Of a stretch of 64,000 bases of DNA, positions 63,095 through 64,000 are shown piece after piece. The stretch's first letter is position 1. Every line of letters begins with the position of its first letter. The notes under the pieces were generated by a model. The model saw only the letters and a list, made by a program, of their open reading frames with translations. It did not search any database and was not told the origin of the DNA. The DNA is taken from IMG/VR virus record IMGVR_UViG_3300033066_000410, positions 21,391 through 85,390 of that record, one strand, 5' to 3'. Source of the DNA: a virus (lineage: Duplodnaviria; Caudoviricetes). The translations under genes were made by a program, and so were the position numbers.

Positions 63095-64000
63095 TTATCC
63101 TTTTTTCAATTCTTGCATTAGTATCTCCATAAAGCCACCGCCTTTAGGTGCAGGAGCATCCCCGCCGCCCATAACCTCAATAGTTCTCTCAGTGAATTTA
63201 AACCCTCTTTGTTGAGCGGTAATCATCATACTTGCCTTCATCTCATTCAACCTGGCTAATAAGCTCAACTCCTGAGAGTATACCTTGTTAGGTAAGCCGC
63301 CTTCCATTTTTTCAAACAGCATAGCCCTATTAACTCTCTCGCTCTGCGCGGTAATCAGGTTGTCCATTATTGCTAACGGGTCTTTAGTGAACTCAGCCGG
63401 TGAGAAATTAAACCCGCAGGCAGAATTTATAAGGAACTTTGGGCACTTATCTTTTATAAAGCAGTTATTGCAAAAAAGAGCACCGCTCAGTTTAGTGTTA
63501 TACTCTGTTATTGATTCAACGTCTTCTCGAGCGTTTACAACCACCACCTGAGAGCCATCTTCCCTCTGCTCATATTCGCTTAGAACAACCGGTTTAGCAT
63601 CCTCAAATTCGCCATTAGCTACCTTGGTTTCAAGGTATGCACCAAGTCCTCCTTTGTTGGTAGAAGGTTCCGGTTTAAGTATTACCGCTTTTCCATCCAT
63701 AACATCACCCACTGTTTGTTTAAGTTTATGAGAAGCTATCCTTCCTACATATTCCAAGGTCTCCCTCCAAGCGCAAAGAGAAAATGTTAACCCTTCATCA
63801 TCATTATGTGAGCCATCAGGGTTCTTTTCATCACAGAACTCTTTAAAGCCCACACCATATTTATCACAATACTTCTTTAGCGTTTTTCTTATTGATTTAT
63901 TGTCTTTGTCATACTGCTGAAAGTTTACCCCATCGAAAAATATAGTAGCCCCATACTTCTGATAGTTAACCCATGAAGAGCTATCCACAGAGAACATCGG
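63095..64000 (-). CDS. TGT/DpdA-like 7-deazaguanine DNA transglycosylase, 5'-truncated, with C-terminal Cys4 domain
   Basis: PMFSVDSSSW motif of TGT-fold phage proteins; frame open to the window edge; CNNC...CPKF...C; queD nearby. Confidence 0.6.
   Translation of the reverse strand, partial: PMFSVDSSSWVNYQKYGATIFFDGVNFQQYDKDNKSIRKTLKKYCDKYGVGFKEFCDEKNPDGSHNDDEGLTFSLCAWRETLEYVGRIASHKLKQTVGDVMDGKAVILKPEPSTNKGGLGAYLETKVANGEFEDAKPVVLSEYEQREDGSQVVVVNAREDVESITEYNTKLSGALFCNNCFIKDKCPKFLINSACGFNFSPAEFTKDPLAIMDNLITAQSERVNRAMLFEKMEGGLPNKVYSQELSLLARLNEMKASMMITAQQRGFKFTERTIEVMGGGDAPAPKGGGFMEILMQELKKG

Noticed and set aside
1-64000. All plus-strand ORFs in the track
   Set aside because: They are antisense shadows of tiled minus-strand genes, lack leaders and promoters, and show no motifs (for example 25915..26205 is the antisense of the collagen repeat).
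1-64000. Stop-codon reassignment (as in some Bacteroidota phages)
   Set aside because: Long genes are intact in the standard code, and TAG, TGA and TAA all terminate genes at sensible boundaries.

Overview
This window is a 64-kb segment of a large tailed dsDNA phage with a contractile tail, in the standard genetic code. Every credible gene lies on the minus strand. In transcription order (right to left) it contains: (i) the 3' part of a TGT/DpdA-like gene, then queD; (ii) about 30 kb of small early/accessory genes driven by a repeated TATATTTG promoter motif and separated by intrinsic terminators, with a largely non-coding, repeat-bearing stretch near 43.1-43.9 kb; (iii) a tandem array of 9-10 divergent paralogues sharing a W-L-Q-x-G-D core, directly followed by queE; (iv) a promoter- and terminator-bounded cassette encoding a signal-peptide, collagen-repeat SGNH esterase; (v) a lysis cassette; (vi) terminase, portal, scaffold, N4-gp56-type capsid, neck, sheath, tube, tail chaperone with a -1 frameshift, tape measure and baseplate. 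A Bacteroidota host is inferred from TAnnTTTG promoters, A-rich leaders lacking a clear Shine-Dalgarno, and signal peptides followed by Gln. No replication genes, integrase, tRNA or CRISPR array were recognised. All family assignments come from motif recognition by eye; no searches were run. The best leads are the WLQxGD paralogue array, the Sec-signal fibre-like proteins, the split 7-deazaguanine pathway with an odd QueE and an extended DpdA-like protein, and the 43-kb non-coding/repeat region.
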